DNA from: Candidatus Rokuibacteriota bacterium
GTDB lineage: Bacteria; Methylomirabilota; Methylomirabilia; Rokubacteriales; CSP1-6
Reading direction: 5' to 3'
Length of the DNA stretch: 44,937 nucleotides
NCBI GenBank assembly: GCA_037446305.1
Contig: JBBIIW010000003.1
Coordinates: forward strand, 1-44,937
The position numbers and the translations under genes are program-made. Within the stretch, counting starts at the first letter, position 1. Each line of letters begins with the position of its first letter. The notes beneath the pieces are model-generated. The model saw only the letters and a list, made by a program, of their open reading frames with translations. It did no database searches and was not told the origin of the DNA. Below, one piece after another: positions 1-7,686 of this stretch.

Positions 1-1
1 C

Positions 2-632
2 GTCCGCGGGCGGGCCCGCCTGCTGCGCCCGGGCGGCTCCACCCGCGCGGCGCTCATGAACGCGGGCGCCGCGGCCGCGCGGGGTGACATCCTCTTCTTC
101 CTGCCGACTCGGCGCCCCCGCGGACGCCCTCGGCCGCATCGAGCGGGCGCTGAGCAACCCCAGGGCCGTCGGCGGCGCGTTCGAGCACTGCTTCGCGGAG
201 CCTGACTGGCGTCTGGCCACCATCAGCGCCTGCGACCGGCTCCGCTACCGTCTCACCGGCAATCACTACGGTGACCAGGGACTCTTCGTCCGCGCCGCCG
301 CGTTCCGCGCGCTCGGCGGCTACCGCGATCTGGCCATCATGGAAAATCTGGACATCGTCCGGCGCCTGAAGCGCTACGGCCGCGTGGCGCTGGTACGGGC
401 TCCGCTGTTGACCTCGGGCCGGCGCTTCCTGGCTCGGGGGCCCTGGCGTACCCTGGCCTGAATTGGCTGGTTGCTGGCCCGCAACAGCCTGGGCCTGGAC
501 GTCCGGCGCTACGCCGAGCACTGGCGCGGCCCGGCCGGCCAGCCGCCGGGCAGTCCCTGGCCGGCGCCCCGCGCGGCGAGCCCGCCGGGGCCCGGCCCCC
601 ACGTTCCCGAACCCGGAGGAGACCGCGCATGA
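2..632 (+). pseudogene. Family-2 glycosyltransferase (TIGR04283-like), 5' end cut by the window edge. It is disrupted by a frameshift near 105-112 and an in-frame TGA at 459-461.
   Basis: Frame 2 reads ...RAALMNAGAAAARGDILFFLPTR. The expected FLHADT.LP..AL motif then continues in frame 0 (RLGAPADALGRIERAL...YGDQGLFVRAAAFRALGGYRDLAIMENLDIVRRLKR...SGRRFLARGPWRTLA). After the TGA the same frame continues collinearly (IGWLLARNSLGLDVRRYAEHWRG). It ends in a TGA at 630-632 that overlaps the next gene's ATG as ATGA. Confidence 0.6.
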
Positions 633-1130
633 CCGAGGACTTCGAGTACATCTCCCGCGCCCGCCTGGAGTTCCGCCATGGGTACCGGCACGCCTACATG
701 GAGGAGGTCCCCCAACCCGTGGTCTACGGCATGAAGGGCGGCCTGCGCGAGTATTACGGCCGCTTCGACGCGCCGCCGCTCCCCGCCACGCTGGACCACA
801 TCGTGGCTGCGGTGGCCGGTTGAATGTACGGCACGCTGGCCGGCGCCCTGGCAGGGCGCAAGATCGAGTTCGACCGGTCGTCGTATACCGCCACCGTCGA
901 GGGCCGGATCGCCGGCCGCGGCAAGACGATTGCGATCCAGTCGATCGTCATGCACTACGAGCTGGCCGTCGCCCCCCGACGCCCTCGACGCCACGCGCCG
1001 GGCGCTGGCAGCCCATCCGCAAGGGTGCCCCGCCCACGAGAGCGTCAAGAGCGCCATCGCGATCAGCTGGGATGCCCAGGTGCGGGCGGGCGACCAGGTG
1101 ATCTCGCTCAAGAGCGAGCCCTCGGCGTAG
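629..1130 (+). CDS. OsmC/Ohr-family peroxiredoxin-like protein and candidate selenoprotein. It has an in-frame TGA at 821-823 at the first conserved Cys position, and needs a 1-nt frame correction in the C6 run at 972-977.
   Basis: ORFs 629..823 and 824..1198 share one frame and are separated only by TGA: ...LDHIVAAVAG-TGA-MYGTLAGALAGRKIEF. This matches the OsmC ..LA.C....L.. motif. The C-terminal part (PDALDATRRALAAHPQGCPAHESVKSAI) is in frame 0 and carries the second conserved Cys (CP.). A GGAGGAG RBS precedes the ATG at 629. Confidence 0.6.
843..859 (+). other. Hairpin GCGCCC-tggca-GGGCGC starting 19 nt after the OsmC TGA. Candidate bacterial SECIS upper stem-loop.
   Basis: Perfect 6-bp stem with a 5-nt loop containing GG, read directly from the sequence. 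GC-rich DNA forms many such hairpins, so this is weak evidence on its own. Confidence 0.35.
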
Positions 1131-1134
1131 GCCG

Positions 1135-1885
1135 GTGGCTCCCGCGCGCTGCGCCGCGCCGCCCGCGGCTCTGCGAGGCCGCTGGAGGCCCGTGCTGAAT
1201 GACGGCCCCGCGCTGGCGGCGCCGCCGGCCGGGGCCGAGTTGCGGGCGACCGAGGAGGTGGCACGACGGCTGCCCCACCTGGCCCCGGCCAGCCGCGACA
1301 CGCGGCAGACGCGGCTCGCGTTCTGGATCAACGTGTACAGCGCGCTGGCGCTCCACGCCTTCGTCGCCCTCGGCGTCGGGCGATCGGTCTGGCAGTCCCG
1401 GGCTTCTTCTGGCGTGCGAGCTATCGGGTCGGGCCCTGGGTGCTGAACGTCGAAGAGATCGAGCACGGCATCCTGCGTGCCAACCATCGGCGGGTGCTGC
1501 CCCGCTGCCCCGCGTTCCGCCCCGGCGACCCCCGGCGGGCGCTGGCGCTGCCGGAAGTCGATCCCGCGTGCACTTCGCCCTGACGTGCGAGGCGCGTTCC
1601 TGTCCGCCCGTGCGTCTCTACCGCGCCCCGATGGTGGATGCGCAGCTCGACCTGGCGGCGCGCCACTTCGTGGCGACGGAGGTCGTCCTCGACGCCGCCG
1701 GCCGCATCGCCTGCTCGCGACTCCTCAAGTGGTACCGGTCGGACTTCGACGGCGGTGAGGGCCTGCGGGTCTTCCTGCTCCACCACCTCGACGACGGGCC
1801 GGTGCGGTCGGCGTTGCTGGCCGGCGCCCCGCCCTGCCGGACCTTCCGCCCGTACTTCTGGACGCTCCAGCATCCGCCCGCCTGA
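1135..1885 (+). pseudogene. DUF547 family protein carrying two 1-nt frameshifts, near 1397-1402 and 1563-1567.
   Basis: The DUF547 motifs are spread over three frames. AFWINVYSALALHAFV is in frame 1. GFFWRASYRVGPWVLNVEEIEHGILRAN is in frame 0. RVHFALTCEARSCPPVRLY...LLKWYRSDF is in frame 2. Both shifts sit in short C/G homopolymer runs. Confidence 0.6.
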
Positions 1886-1949
1886 GCGCCGCGCAGGCCG
1901 ACAGACAGAGGGAATACGCGGGGCCGGGAAGCGGGTTATTACGACCGCG

Positions 1950-2378
1950 ATGAGGGTCTCGATCACCTCCCTCGAGATGACGAGCGGACGGCGGGTCGAA
2001 TTCGTCGACGTCACGCCACGCGTGCGAGAGGTGATCCGGGCTCAGTCCGTGACGGACGGACTCGTCATGGTCGCGGCTCGCCACACGACCTGCGCGCTGT
2101 TCGTCAACGAGTTCCAGACCGCCCTGACCGAGGACTTCACCCGGCTGCTGGGGGAGCACATTCCGGAACAGCTCGGCTACCGACACGACGATCCGCGGTA
2201 CTCCGACTGCGAGCGGGGCAACGGCGCCGCCCACCTCCGCGCGCTGCTCCTCGGCTCCGCCGTCACCCTGACGCTCGCCAAGGGCCAGCTGGCCCTCGGC
2301 CGCTTCCAGTCAATCATCTTCGCCGAATTCGACGGTCCGCGTCGCCGGGACCTGGTGGTTCAGATCCTCGGCCAGTGA
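1950..2378 (+). CDS. yjbQ: YjbQ/UPF0047 family protein (secondary thiamine-phosphate synthase-like)
   Basis: MRVSITSLEM...VDVTPRV...DGLVMVAARHTTCALFVNE...DDPRYSDCERGNGAAHLRALLLGSAVTLTLAKGQLALGRFQSIIFAEFDGPRRR is typical of the family. Confidence 0.8.
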   Translation: MRVSITSLEMTSGRRVEFVDVTPRVREVIRAQSVTDGLVMVAARHTTCALFVNEFQTALTEDFTRLLGEHIPEQLGYRHDDPRYSDCERGNGAAHLRALLLGSAVTLTLAKGQLALGRFQSIIFAEFDGPRRRDLVVQILGQ

Positions 2379-2430
2379 GCGCGAATGATGGGTGCGGGCG
2401 CTGCCGCGCCGGCACCGGGAGGACGACCAC

Positions 2431-3033
2431 GTGAGGTGTCGATGGCCCGGACCTCTGGCGTTCCTCCTGGCCCTGACGGCCTGGGCGGTGTCGGCCCAGG
2501 CATTCGACCCCGTCTCGGCCTTCCAGAAGGGCGCCTGGGTGGGGTCGATCGAGGCCGGGTACGGGGAACAATCCGAGATCTTCAACGACCCCATCACGGG
2601 TCTGGAATTCTTTAATGCCGGCGTGCGGCTGGGGCTCGTTCCGTTCGGGCCCACCGGGTCCGGGCTCCTCCACGGGGCGCTCGAGATCGGTCTGGAGGCG
2701 TTCTACCAGCAGTTCGTCGATCCCGACGACGCCTTCTTCGCCGGCCTGGCCGCCGTCGGGCGCTACCATTTCCTGACCGGCGGCCGGCTCGTTCCCTACC
2801 TCGAGGTGGCGGCGGGGGCCGGGGCCACCGATCTCGACGTCCGCGAGCAGGACTCGGACGGCACGTTCCTGCTCTCCGCCGGCGCCGGCGTCTCCTACTT
2901 CCTGACGGACCGGACGGCCATCTACGCCGGCTACCGGCTGCAGCACATCTCGAACGCCGGCACGGACGATCCCAACCGCGGCATCAACTCGCACACCGGG
3001 GTCCTGGGCCTGTCCATCTTCTTCGGCCGGTAG
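2431..3033 (+). CDS. Outer-membrane acyloxyacyl hydrolase / lipid A 3-O-deacylase (PagL)-like beta-barrel
   Basis: GTG start with a GGGAGGA RBS 7 nt upstream. Signal peptide LAFLLALTAWAVSAQA. C-terminal YRLQHISNAG..NRGINSH.GVLGLSIFF resembles the PagL catalytic His/Ser region. Confidence 0.6.
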   Translation: MRCRWPGPLAFLLALTAWAVSAQAFDPVSAFQKGAWVGSIEAGYGEQSEIFNDPITGLEFFNAGVRLGLVPFGPTGSGLLHGALEIGLEAFYQQFVDPDDAFFAGLAAVGRYHFLTGGRLVPYLEVAAGAGATDLDVREQDSDGTFLLSAGAGVSYFLTDRTAIYAGYRLQHISNAGTDDPNRGINSHTGVLGLSIFFGR

Positions 3034-3826
3034 ACCCCCGAGCCCCCGGCTTCGAGCGAGCAGCAGGCCCAGGCCGCCGGCGCGAGCCGTGAAACCACCG
3101 GAGGTGCTCGCGCAGCGCGGCGACCCGGCCGACGACGGCGACCACCGGCGGCCGGAGGCCCGCCGCCCGCTCGAGGATGTCGGCCAGGGTGCCGGTGATG
3201 GTTTCCTGGGCTTCGGTGGTCCCCCACCGGATCAGGGCGACGGGCGTGTCGGGGGCCCGGCCATGGGCCAGCAGCGCGCGCACGATGCGCGGAAGCGTGC
3301 CGGCGCCCATGAGCACCACGAGGGTGTCGACGGCGGTGGCCAGCCGCGCCCAGTCCACGGCCGGGCCGCGGCCTCCGGCCTCCTCGTGGCCGGTGACCAC
3401 GGCCACCGATGACGCCAGCCCCCGGTAGGTCAGCGGGACGCCGGCGTAGGCCGGGACGGCCACCGCCGAGCTGACACCGGGCACGATCTCGAACGGGACA
3501 CCCGCCCGGGCCAGGGCCGTGGCTTCCTCGCCGCCGCGCCCGAAGATGAACGGATCGCCGCCCTTGAGCCGCACCACGTGGCGGCCGCGGCGGGCATGCG
3601 CAATCAGGAGCGCGTTGATCTCCTCCTGCGGGAGCGGATGGTGGTCACGCCGCTTGCCGGCGAAGATGCGCAGCGCCGCCGGCGGGGCCTCGTCCAGCAG
3701 CACGGGGTTCACCAGCCGGTCGTGCACCACGACGTCGGCCCGACGCAGCACCGCCCGCCCGCGCACCGTGATGAGCCCGGGATCGCCCGGCCCGGCGCCG
3801 ACCAGGTAGACGCGGCCTACGGGCAC
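2984..3826 (-). CDS. cobA: Uroporphyrinogen-III C-methyltransferase (SUMT)
   Basis: VYLVGAGPGDPGLITVRG...VVHDRL...RLKGGDPFIFGRGGEE...GVPFEIVPGVSSAVAVPAYAGVPLT motifs. GTG start. Confidence 0.85.
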   Translation of the reverse strand: MPVGRVYLVGAGPGDPGLITVRGRAVLRRADVVVHDRLVNPVLLDEAPPAALRIFAGKRRDHHPLPQEEINALLIAHARRGRHVVRLKGGDPFIFGRGGEEATALARAGVPFEIVPGVSSAVAVPAYAGVPLTYRGLASSVAVVTGHEEAGGRGPAVDWARLATAVDTLVVLMGAGTLPRIVRALLAHGRAPDTPVALIRWGTTEAQETITGTLADILERAAGLRPPVVAVVGRVAALREHLRWFHGSRRRPGPAARSKPGARGSTGRRRWTGPGPRCAS

Positions 3827-4452
3827 GTGGCGGCCGTCAGCCGGGCGAGCAGCCGCGCCCGGGCGTCGCCACGCCGGCCCCGCGCCAGCAGCCGCGTCAG
3901 ATCGGGACCGAGCGCCGCGCGCCAGGCGCCGGCTGAAGGGCGGAGGCCGCCGGCCCGGATCTCGCGCCGGACGTCGGCCACGACCTCGCTCAGCACGCCG
4001 TACTCCTCCCCCAGATGACGAGCCAGCCGGTCGCGCACCGCCGAGGAGAGCGCGGGGCTGGCGCCGCCCGTGGCGACGGCCACCGCCAGCCGACCCCGGC
4101 GAAGGACGGCCGGCAGGATGAAGTCACAGCGCGCCGGGTCGTCGGCCGCGTTGACCCAGACGCCCCGCTCCCGACCTTCCCGGGCCACCGCGGCGTTGAT
4201 CGCCCCGCCGTCCGTGGCGACGAAGGCCAGCGCACATCCCGCCAGGTCGCCGGGCGCGTAGTCCCGGGCCACGTGCTCCAGGCGGCCGTCCGCGGCCAGC
4301 GCCTGCAGGCGGGCGGTCAGTCGCGGCGCGATGACGGTGACGGCGGCCTCCGCCGCCAGCAGCCCGTCGACCTTGCGCTCCGCCACCGGGCCGCCGCCGA
4401 TGACCACGCACCGGCGGCCGGTGAGGTCCACGAAGATCGGGTAGAAGCCCAC
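3817..4452 (-). CDS. Precorrin-2 dehydrogenase / sirohydrochlorin ferrochelatase (CysG N-terminal / SirC-like)
   Basis: FPIFVDLTGRRCVVIGGGPVAERKV Rossmann motif and ..VNAADDPARCDFILPA..RGRLAVAVATGGASPAL are typical of the siroheme synthase N-domain. Confidence 0.8.
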   Translation of the reverse strand: MGFYPIFVDLTGRRCVVIGGGPVAERKVDGLLAAEAAVTVIAPRLTARLQALAADGRLEHVARDYAPGDLAGCALAFVATDGGAINAAVAREGRERGVWVNAADDPARCDFILPAVLRRGRLAVAVATGGASPALSSAVRDRLARHLGEEYGVLSEVVADVRREIRAGGLRPSAGAWRAALGPDLTRLLARGRRGDARARLLARLTAATCP

Positions 4453-4455
4453 CGC

Positions 4456-6153
4456 TCAGCCCTCGACGGCGTGCGGGGGCCGTCCCGGCGAGGCGTCCCG
4501 GGCCACGGCCGCCACCTCGGCGCCGGCCAGGAAGGTCCGCAGCTCCTCGTCGGTGTGGCGGGCGAAGAACTGCCGGAGATTCTCGCCGTGGCGGCGCCGG
4601 GCGAGGTATTCGGAGAGCAGGCGCTCGATGGCGGCGGCCACCTCCGTGGCGGGCACGCGGTAGCCGATCGGCCGGGCCGGGCCCGCCTGCCGGCCCACGG
4701 CGCCGCCCAGGCAGAAGTAGTAGGCGTCCACCATCCGGCCGTCCACCTTCAGCTTCTTGCCCTCGATGCCGATGTCGGCGATCCAGTGCTGGCCGCAGCT
4801 GTTGGGGCAGCCGGTGACGTGGATCTTCAGCGGCTGATCGAACCCCGGCAGCCGGCGCTGCAGGTCCTCCACCAGCGCGCGGGCGAAGTCCTTGGTCTCG
4901 GTCAGGGCCAGCTTGCAGAACTGGGTGCCCGTGCAGGCGATGGCCCCGCGCCAGAACGGCGAGGCCTCGAGCGACAGTCCCGCCGCCTCGAGCTCGCGGG
5001 CCAGGGCCGCCGCCTGCGTCCGCCGCACGTTGGGGATCAGCAGGTTCTGCATGATGGTGGTCCGGACCTCGCCGGTGCCGTGGCGGTCCGCGAGGTCGGC
5101 GACGACGCGCAGGTCGCCGGCTCGCAGACGTCCGCGCAGCACGGCCAGCCCGGCATAGACGTAGCCGTCCTGCTTCTGGGCGTGCAGGCCCACGTGGTCC
5201 CGGTAGATGTCGTCGGGCGGCTCCTCGGGCACTCCGGGCGGCAGCGGCGAGCCCAGGCGCTGCTCCAGCGCCTGCTGGAAGCGGACCGCCGTCCAGCCGT
5301 GCTGCAGGAAGAGGAACTTCAGGCGCGCCTTCTCGCGGTCCTGCCGGAGCCCCTCGCTGTCCCGGAAGATCTCGGAGATGCCGCGCAGCACCGGCAGGAC
5401 CTGCACCCAGGGCACGAAGGCGTCGAGCCGGACGGCCAGGTGCGGCGCGGTGGACAGCCCGCCGCCCACCCGGACGGCAAAACCCACCTCGCCGGTCTCC
5501 GGGTGCCGGAGGGCGGTGAGGCCCACGTCGTTGATCTCGGGATACGAGCACCAGACCCGGCAGCCGGTGATCGTGATCTTGTACTTGCGCGGCAGGTTGT
5601 AGAACTCCGGGTTGCCGTTCAGCATCCGCGTCGCCGCCAGCACCAGCGGCGAGGCGTCCACGACCTCGTCGGCGTCCAGGCCGGCCAGCGGGCAGCCGGT
5701 GATGTTCCGGGTGTCGTCGCCGCAGGCCCCCATGGTCGTCAGCCCGCAGCGCCAGAGCCGCTCGAAGACGTCGGGGATGGCCTCGATCGGGACCCAGTGG
5801 AGCTGCACGTTCTGGCGGACGGTGAGGTCGGCGACGCCCCGGCCGTGGCGCTCGGCCAGGTCCGCGATGGCGCGCAGCTGGTGCGAGAGGAGCAGCCCGT
5901 TCGGGATGCGGATGCGGACCATGAAGTACGGCAGCGCCTTGCCCTCGCCGCCCTGGCCGCCCACGACGCCGGCCCCATCGCCCTGGGTGTAGAGCCCCCA
6001 CCACCGGAAGTACGTCTTCAGCCACGGCTCGGGGATCGCCTGGTAGCCCTCCCGCGCGAAGCGCAGGATCTCCTGGTAGCCCTCCCAGGGGTTCAGCTCG
6101 CGCTTGAGGCGCTCGGCGCGCTGGGCCTTGGTCTCCCTGCCCGCCCCGCTCAC
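4456..6153 (-). CDS. sir: Ferredoxin-dependent assimilatory sulfite (or nitrite) reductase hemoprotein
   Basis: 565 aa with duplicated NIR_SIR domains. Siroheme/4Fe-4S ligand cluster CTGTQFC...VTGCPNSCGQH. N-terminus resembles actinobacterial SirA/NirA. Confidence 0.85.
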   Translation of the reverse strand: MSGAGRETKAQRAERLKRELNPWEGYQEILRFAREGYQAIPEPWLKTYFRWWGLYTQGDGAGVVGGQGGEGKALPYFMVRIRIPNGLLLSHQLRAIADLAERHGRGVADLTVRQNVQLHWVPIEAIPDVFERLWRCGLTTMGACGDDTRNITGCPLAGLDADEVVDASPLVLAATRMLNGNPEFYNLPRKYKITITGCRVWCSYPEINDVGLTALRHPETGEVGFAVRVGGGLSTAPHLAVRLDAFVPWVQVLPVLRGISEIFRDSEGLRQDREKARLKFLFLQHGWTAVRFQQALEQRLGSPLPPGVPEEPPDDIYRDHVGLHAQKQDGYVYAGLAVLRGRLRAGDLRVVADLADRHGTGEVRTTIMQNLLIPNVRRTQAAALARELEAAGLSLEASPFWRGAIACTGTQFCKLALTETKDFARALVEDLQRRLPGFDQPLKIHVTGCPNSCGQHWIADIGIEGKKLKVDGRMVDAYYFCLGGAVGRQAGPARPIGYRVPATEVAAAIERLLSEYLARRRHGENLRQFFARHTDEELRTFLAGAEVAAVARDASPGRPPHAVEG

Positions 6154-7136
6154 GGCGCCGCCGCCGATGGCGTGCCCCGAGTGGCGACGCGGACGATGGA
6201 GTCGACGAACGGCACGAAGGGGTCGAACCCCAGCACGGCCGGGGCGTCGGCGACGAAGTTCGAGGTGGCGTTGACGTCGTAGAAGTACACGCGGCCGTCG
6301 TCGCGGCCGACCAGGTACTCGATGCCGCCCACGTCGATGGCCGCCGCGCGCGCGATGGCGATGGCCTGCTCGACGACCGCGCCTGGAGGCTCGTACCGGG
6401 TCACGTCGAGGCCCGGCGCCAGCTCCACCGGGCAGGCCGCGGCGTCGCCGGCCGGGGGCGGCGGGTCAGCCTGGCAGAGGTCGGCCGGGCACAGGTTGAA
6501 GCGGTCGGGGGCGCGGACGATGCGGATCGCGTACAGGAAGCGTCCGTCGAGGACCTCGACCCGGACGATCGCTCCTCCCTCGGGCTCGACGTACTCCTGC
6601 AGCAGAGCCGTGCCGTCGGGGCCGAGGTCCAGCGCGGACAGCGCGCTCTCGATCTCCTCGCGCGCCTCGAAGCGCCGGATGCCGGCCCCGGAGCCGCCCA
6701 CGTTGGGCTTGAGCAGGACGGGGAAGCGGAGGCCGTCGAGCGCCTTGAGCACCTGGTCGCGGTGGTTCAGCACGACGGCGCGCGGATACCGGACCCCGAG
6801 CCGCTCGAAGAGGTCCAGCTGGAGCGCCTTCGACTTCTCGAACCGGTAGGCGGCGACCGGATTGATCACGGGAATCCCGATGGCCTCGTAGTGGTGCAGC
6901 AGCGGCTCGGCGTAGAAGAGGACGCTGCCGTGCCCGCGGCGGTGCGACGAGGGGCTGGACCGGTTGACGACGACCGAGTAGCGCCGCTGGCGGTCGCCCG
7001 GGTCGTAGGCGTGGCTGGAGTGGTCGATTTTCTCGAAGGGCAGCCCCCGCCTCTGGAGCTCCGCGATGAGGCGCCTGGACCACTCCGGGTGCTCGTCCAG
7101 GATCGCGATCGGCGCGTGCAAATGGCTGTCTGGCAT
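6150..7136 (-). CDS. ATP-grasp (RimK/glutathione-synthetase-like) ligase. Its stop overlaps the sulfite reductase start as GTGA.
   Basis: ...FEKSKALQLDLFERLGVRYPRAVVL...FPVLLKPNVGGSGAGI...LLQEYVEP...VRVEVLDGRFLYAIR...GGIEYL is an ATP-grasp fold signature. The start could instead be at 7151. Confidence 0.7.
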   Translation of the reverse strand: MPDSHLHAPIAILDEHPEWSRRLIAELQRRGLPFEKIDHSSHAYDPGDRQRRYSVVVNRSSPSSHRRGHGSVLFYAEPLLHHYEAIGIPVINPVAAYRFEKSKALQLDLFERLGVRYPRAVVLNHRDQVLKALDGLRFPVLLKPNVGGSGAGIRRFEAREEIESALSALDLGPDGTALLQEYVEPEGGAIVRVEVLDGRFLYAIRIVRAPDRFNLCPADLCQADPPPPAGDAAACPVELAPGLDVTRYEPPGAVVEQAIAIARAAAIDVGGIEYLVGRDDGRVYFYDVNATSNFVADAPAVLGFDPFVPFVDSIVRVATRGTPSAAAP

Positions 7137-7206
7137 CGCTCTGTGCCTCATGGACGTTTTTCGATCGGGAATGTAGCATTGGCCGGACAGCCAGGCAAGA
7201 GGCCCC

Positions 7207-7238
7207 TTGACCTTCCCCCAAGGGGAAAGGTCTAGGCT
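7207..7238 (+). promoter_or_regulatory. MerR-family (CueR-box-like) promoter. TTGACC, a long spacer carrying the dyad ACCTTCCCC-N-GGGGAAAGGT, then TAGGCT.
   Basis: TTGACCTTCCCCCAAGGGGAAAGGTCTAGGCT closely resembles the E. coli PcopA CueR operator (TTGACCTTCCC...GGAAGGT). The over-long 19-20 bp spacer is a MerR-family hallmark. It lies about 10 nt upstream of the regulator ATG. Confidence 0.6.
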
Positions 7239-7248
7239 CGGGGACGCG

Positions 7249-7686
7249 ATGAAGGGTGGGCTGAAGATCGGCGAGCTGGCCCGGCAGGCGGGGCTCACCG
7301 CGCGGGCCATCCGGTTCTACGAGCGCAAGCGTGTCCTGCCGCCGCCGCGACGCTCCGCGAGCGGATACCGGCTCTACGGCCCGGAGGCCGTCGAGATGCT
7401 GCGGTTCGTGAAGCAGGCGACCGGCCTGGGCCTGACACTGGCCGAGATCAGGGAGATCATCGCCATCCGCCGGGGTGGCCGCCCGCCGTGCGACCACGTC
7501 CACCAGCTGCTGCGGGCCAAGGCGGTCGAGCTGGATCGCAAGCTCGAGGACCTGGTCGCCCTCCGCCGCCGCATCCGGCAAAGTCTCGCCGCCTGGAGCC
7601 GAAGGCCGCGCGGGGCCGCCGCCGTCTGCCACCACATCGAGGGCCCGCACCGCGGCGGTGGCCTCCAGGGGCGGCGAGACGCCTGA
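7249..7686 (+). CDS. MerR-family metal-responsive transcriptional regulator
   Basis: N-terminal HTH LKIGELARQAGLTARAIRFYERKRVLPPPRRSASGYRLY. Dimerisation helix and a C-terminal Cys/His loop (PPCDHV ... AVCHHIEG). Its stop overlaps the ATPase ATG (TGATG). Confidence 0.85.
   Translation: MKGGLKIGELARQAGLTARAIRFYERKRVLPPPRRSASGYRLYGPEAVEMLRFVKQATGLGLTLAEIREIIAIRRGGRPPCDHVHQLLRAKAVELDRKLEDLVALRRRIRQSLAAWSRRPRGAAAVCHHIEGPHRGGGLQGRRDA

Noticed and set aside
459-461. In-frame TGA in the GT2 glycosyltransferase as a fourth selenocysteine site.
   Set aside because: The codon falls in a hydrophobic C-terminal segment (RTLA-*-IGWLL) that is not a Cys or redox position in this family. The gene also carries a frameshift that removes a catalytic motif. 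A premature stop or gene decay is more likely.
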